IMG/VR virus record: IMGVR_UViG_3300049324_000053
Reading direction: 5' to 3' (one strand)
Length of the DNA: 64,000 nucleotides
Source of the DNA: a virus
The position numbers and the translations under genes were made by a program. Shown here one piece after another: positions 62,949 to 64,000 of this stretch. The notes beneath the pieces are model-generated. The model ran no database searches and was not told the origin of the DNA. It saw nothing but the letters and a program-made list of their open reading frames with translations. Every line of letters starts with the position of its first letter. Within the stretch, counting starts at the first letter, position 1.

Positions 62949-64000
62949 ATGGCCGGCGAGGATCTTTTCCTTCATGTCGGTACCGACATCCGGCAGGTCA
63001 GCGAGATTTTCACCACCGAGCTGGACCGGATGCTAAACCACCGGTCCGAAGGTGGTGAGTTCGCCCCTGATCTGATTCCGCAGCTGCGCCGGGCCATGGA
63101 GGAGATGAGCCGGTACGAGGCGCAGTACAAGAAGCTGCTGCAGCTGACCGAACGGTCCGGATCCCTGTTCCAGGCCACGGCGGGCGTGCCCGCGGGCAGC
63201 CCGCAGGAAACCGTCCGTCAGAGTGCCGCCAAGAACCTGACGACGGCCGGCCCTGAACTGGAGAACTTGCTGGCCGGGTTCCAGCGTTCTATCCATGATT
63301 TCTACACTCTGGCCAAGGCGGCGATCCCCGCGGACGCCGAGGGGCTGCAGCGGGCGCTGGCCGAGACGATGCGCGCGCTGTTCGACCAGGCCGCGACTGC
63401 GGCCCGGGAAGCTGCGCATCAGACATTCGGTGCCGCTGCCAATGCCGGTTCGCCGGCCGGTGGCGGTGATGCGGCAGTGACGGCGATGGCCGAGCAGATT
63501 CGGCTGGCCGGCGAGTCGCTGACCCGTTCGGTGATCACCTCTGCGGAGTCGTTCGCCCGCATCCTGCATGACGCCACTGCGACCGGTGGGACAACGGCAT
63601 CCGGCGCCGCGCCGAACACGGCACCGCTGGAAACGCTCAACTCCACCAACCTGGATCTCACCGCGGCGATACGGCTGCTGGTCGCCGAAATGGGCGTGCT
63701 GTCCGCTCAGATGGCGGCGAACGTTGCTACCGCCAAGGGTGCCAACGCCACCGCCAGCACCGGTGGCCATGGTGGCGGCCACGGTGGTGGGCATCGTGGC
63801 GGTGGGACAACTGGCGGCGGCGGTTCCGGTGGCGACGGCGGCGGCAGGCAGTATCACAATGGGCACCCCGACGACCCGTGGGATCCCGAAGGCGCCGACC
63901 ATGACCGGCGCCGGGCGCAGAAGGACTGGCGCCGGCGCACCGAAATCTCCACCCAGGAGCTGTACAAGCGGGCCCGCGACCCGCACGACCCGGACTTCTT
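62949..64000 (+). CDS. tape measure protein, N-terminal part (runs off window)
   Basis: ATG after AAGGACGGGAG; open Ala-rich helical frame MAGEDLFLHVGTDIRQV...; follows frameshifted chaperone. Confidence 0.75.
   Translation, partial: MAGEDLFLHVGTDIRQVSEIFTTELDRMLNHRSEGGEFAPDLIPQLRRAMEEMSRYEAQYKKLLQLTERSGSLFQATAGVPAGSPQETVRQSAAKNLTTAGPELENLLAGFQRSIHDFYTLAKAAIPADAEGLQRALAETMRALFDQAATAAREAAHQTFGAAANAGSPAGGGDAAVTAMAEQIRLAGESLTRSVITSAESFARILHDATATGGTTASGAAPNTAPLETLNSTNLDLTAAIRLLVAEMGVLSAQMAANVATAKGANATASTGGHGGGHGGGHRGGGTTGGGGSGGDGGGRQYHNGHPDDPWDPEGADHDRRRAQKDWRRRTEISTQELYKRARDPHDPDF

Larger units (their letters stand above)
1..64000. mobile_element. Large actinobacterial temperate siphovirus / phage-plasmid (partial; continues beyond both window edges)
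   Basis: ParA + RHH partner + Rep-like gene + DnaB together with a terminase-portal-protease-capsid-neck-tail tube-chaperone-tape measure operon; no tail sheath and no integrase seen in window. Confidence 0.85.

Noticed and set aside
60293-63986. Minus-strand ORFs 60293..61936, 61608..62501, 63033..63986
   Set aside because: Shadows of tail tube, chaperone and tape measure genes
57588-64000. Contractile tail, tailocin or eCIS interpretation
   Set aside because: No sheath or baseplate genes; terminase, portal and capsid present; gene order is siphovirus-like

Overview
High-GC actinomycete DNA that reads as part of a large temperate siphovirus kept as a plasmid-like replicon (phage-plasmid). 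It has a ParA/RHH partition pair and a putative Rep gene with an internal origin-like site. No integrase, rRNA, tRNA or CRISPR array was seen. Left half (1-25.9 kb): small accessory genes (ThyX, SNase nuclease, SLOG/DUF2493, degenerate JAB, Lsr2, LexA-XRE regulator, RuvC-like resolvase) plus one intact and two truncated DnaB helicases; a fourth degenerate DnaB lies at 33 kb. Right half (26-64 kb): + strand virion operon with intein-containing terminase, portal, a 2H-phosphoesterase/prohead-protease fusion, two fibre-like modules with ~20-aa repeat proteins, scaffold, decoration and major capsid proteins, neck, tail tube, a frameshifted tail chaperone and the start of the tape measure. Main candidates for new biology: (1) three TA islands interrupting the virion operon and about a dozen orphan, truncated or concatenated antitoxins, including a 'poly-antitoxin' fusion; (2) truncated DnaB paralogs with complementary catalytic defects; (3) a 2H phosphoesterase fused to the maturation protease; (4) a recurring (G/C)AT-N15-YCGAY late-promoter-like motif resembling sigma28/WhiG -10 boxes, versus leaderless TANNNT promoters on accessory genes. 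All family calls are by-eye motif recognition; no database searches were run. Several starts were moved from the ORF track.
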